Part shown: piece after piece, positions 61,101 to 64,000 of the stretch
Numbering within the stretch: the first letter of the stretch is position 1
Layout: the number at the start of each line of letters is the position of its first letter
Source: Tubiluchus corallicola
Lineage: Eukaryota > Animalia > Priapulida
NCBI GenBank assembly: GCA_030141605.1
Contig: JAQGDQ010000103.1
Span: forward strand, 434,001 to 498,000
DNA: 64,000 nucleotides
Direction of reading: 5' to 3'
The notes under the pieces: generated by a model
Databases searched by the model: none
Told to the model about the DNA's origin: nothing
What the model saw: the letters and a program-made list of their open reading frames with translations, nothing else
Translations under genes and position numbers: made by a program

Positions 61101-62842
61101 CATAATTACTGAAACAGTAAAAGACACAGTAGAGGTTAAACAGTAAATAGTAAATGCACGTTCACAAAAATAACGTAATTACAATAATGTGCTTTTGCTA
61201 TCAATTAGATATGATTTTCTGCGACTAAGATATTATTTTCTTCTTTTAAAACAGTCTGTAATATAGTTTGAAATTAAATTTGCAAGTTCACTTTCATTTC
61301 CATTCATCAGAAATATAAATTCTGCATTCATGCACTTACAAAATGTAATTTATACAATCGCTTATGATAATAATTCGTTGTTTTAGTGATTGCTCCTCGT
61401 ATACGCAACACGTTCTCTTCTCGCTGAGTCACCAATGCGTATTATTACTGGCTGTTCATTCCGAGAATGACGACCGACGCTGAAGAAAATCAAGACCAGC
61501 TTGATATTATCAAACTTGAATGACAGTCATTTTCGTGTCCACACCGTTCTTCAACGTTGACAAACTTGAGAATGACAGTCAAACTCGAGAATGGCTGTGT
61601 TTTGAATGATCGTGTGAACGGCCCAAAGGCCTTGTTAGAAACGACATCATTAAGTCGTCATCTTAATTAGTTGCGTTTCCGGTTTGTACGAGATGCAAAG
61701 GATTATCCTACGTCTAATATATCAGGGTGGAATTGAAAGTCCGACACAATTTTTATATTGAGAGATAAAACTCAAATTTTTTGTAAACTGTAGATAACTT
61801 ACACGTCAACGTGGAAGCATTGCAAGCTTACCAAAACTTCATGAAAAGTATATTAGCCTATATCATTTTGCTTCTAATGCTCGCTTTAGTTAGGGAATTG
61901 TAGATATTTTATGTAAAGTAACACCTGGCAATACCTTCTATGAAATCCCTTTTCATCAGCTTGCAGCGAAAAGCCAGCGACTACTTACTTGTAATACGAT
62001 ACCTGCTTCTGAAATCTTTCTTAGAAATGTAAAGTTCAGCTTCGCATTGTTATTCAGTAGTAAACGCAAGGTACTTGGTCCAGGCTCAAGCTTTTGGACG
62101 CCCGGAAATTATGGTTCGTCATGTAATTTGACAATGCTGTTACAATGCAGACCTCACAGGCAAACCATACGAGGAAACTATACAGGGAAGCCATACAGGG
62201 AAGCCATAAAGGGAAGCTATATAGGGATGCCAACCGATTGCAGACGAAAATTGAATCACTTTTAATATACGTGACGAGCTTCACGTTTATTCATTTAAAT
62301 TTACACATAATATTATAAACAGCAAGCTTTAGTAATAACGATTTGAAATTAAAAAAATTACATCTGAAATAAATTACATTTCATATTTTAGTAACGCAAA
62401 CGAAATTGGCTTCATTTAATAAGTAATCTGATTGTAATCATTATTACTCTTTACTGCAGAGGGTAGCATGAGGCCCAATGATTTGTTGGTAACTCAATAG
62501 CACCCACATAATTATATTGTTACTCGTAATAAATTGTTTGATCAATATTATGTTCTGGTTTAAGTAGCCATGTTAAAAGTGAAGATTGTTAAGAGACGGT
62601 AATCTACTAGTTGGGTGGCCAGGGTACCATCTCAGAAAGTTGGGTAAAAGTGTTTGAGGGCATGTCTACGTATCCAGACGTGGCTAAAGCAACCAAGTTC
62701 CTTATCTAACGTCCTTATCTAGCTATCATCCTTGATAACTGGATAAGATGCAGTACTGCCGTAATCATCTACATTAAGAAAACTTTACGATTAAGTGCTA
62801 GATTGTGGCTTCCAGACTGAACATACATAATGCTAGCACTTA

Positions 62843-63162
62843 TCAATTTACCATTAACCAACAGCACATGTTGTATACGGCAAACATTAATGAATTGTAC
62901 ATGTTGTGTGAGGCTAACATTAATCAATGCATATTGTGTGAGGTAAACATTAATAAACTGTGCACGTCGTATGGGGCAAACATTAATCAACTGCACATGT
63001 TGTATGGGCGAACATTGATCAACAACCGATGTTCGACAATATCAAACATTAACCAACTGCACATGTTCTATAAGGCAAACATTAGTCAACTATGCATGTT
63101 GTGTGAGGCAAACGTTAATAAACAGTGCATGTTCTGGGGGAAACATTAACCAACTGCCCATG
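62843..63162. repeat. Minisatellite, ~34 bp unit (CAAACATTAATCAACTGCACATGTTGTATGGGG)
   Basis: About nine units are visible. Confidence 0.9.
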
Positions 63163-64000
63163 TCCTCGTAGTTGCCAACTTTCTACCACACAAGTGGCTT
63201 TCTTTTGATATTTATTTTTGTCTCAATCTTCATTTCATAATCATTTTAACACAATGTCCTGTGCCTTATTCTAAGATAAGCTTGTGTACATTGAAGCTGA
63301 GGCGCATGTTGGTTACTGAAACACATAATCTTGAGAAAATCACTTTCAAAATTTGCATCAGATTAATAATAGGAGTAGAAATTGCTTTATACTATGCTAC
63401 ATGGCAAAAATTCTCAGCACATAAATGGTGAGCAGGAATATTGCAACTTGATCACAGATCACATCACGTACTTCCTGCCGGAAAAAGTGTAAATGGTGTT
63501 CAGCAAAGGTTGAACAAATAACTACACTATTATGAACAGGTATTAATATACCACTAGCGGCTAGATAAGGCCATAATATAACTCAGTTTGAGTTTTACGT
63601 GTTTCAGCTTTGATTAACAGTTTACTATAGATAAATGTTGAGCTACTATTACGAATAGGTAGTGTAAGTGCTGCGGGATGGGAAAGACACATACCCGTCC
63701 TTCAACAAGTGCTTATGTTGGAAACTAGGTTGTCGCCACATTTCATTTCGACGGCTTCAGTCGGCACTTTTTTCGCTATGTAGTGAAGACGTTTGCTCTG
63801 TACGTTTTACCTGTTGACTATGTAATTTGCTACAATTTGGCATCTAGCATTTTGTAATACTTGGAACAGTTTGCTTAATCCGTTATGCTGTTACCACTGT
63901 GCACGTGGACGGTTAGACTGAATATCACCGCATAAATTTACCTGGCTCCAGCCTCTGAGGAGCTAAACCATTCTCGATGTTACCTCACCTACCTCATCTA

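Overview
AT-rich, intron-rich eukaryotic (invertebrate animal) genomic DNA, not prokaryotic. By reading splice sites and checking phase I reconstructed four protein-coding genes. (1) The 5' part of a KIAA0825 homolog (minus strand, 9 exons, 63-10605, running off the left edge). (2) A complete 8-exon 2-oxoglutarate/Fe(II) dioxygenase of the IPNS/DIOX_N family (minus, 15085-24794). (3) An intronless class A GPCR (plus, 29269-30204). (4) A GPR158/GPR179/CG31760-like class C GPCR (minus, 12 exons, 32660-53631; first exon not securely found). Introns and spacers are full of decayed mobile DNA: LINE fragments, a BEL/Pao gag fragment, hAT/Harbinger/Tigger-type MITEs, helentron-associated (HINE/pearl-like) elements, a tRNA-derived SINE, and mini- and microsatellites. 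The most notable structures are an inverted pair of degenerate minimal hammerhead-ribozyme motifs in an oxygenase intron, a ~2.3 kb nested foldback palindrome, a tandem array built from a GPCR splice acceptor, and two composite elements bracketing oxygenase exons. All homology calls come from recalled motifs, not database searches. I see no firm evidence of a wholly new system.
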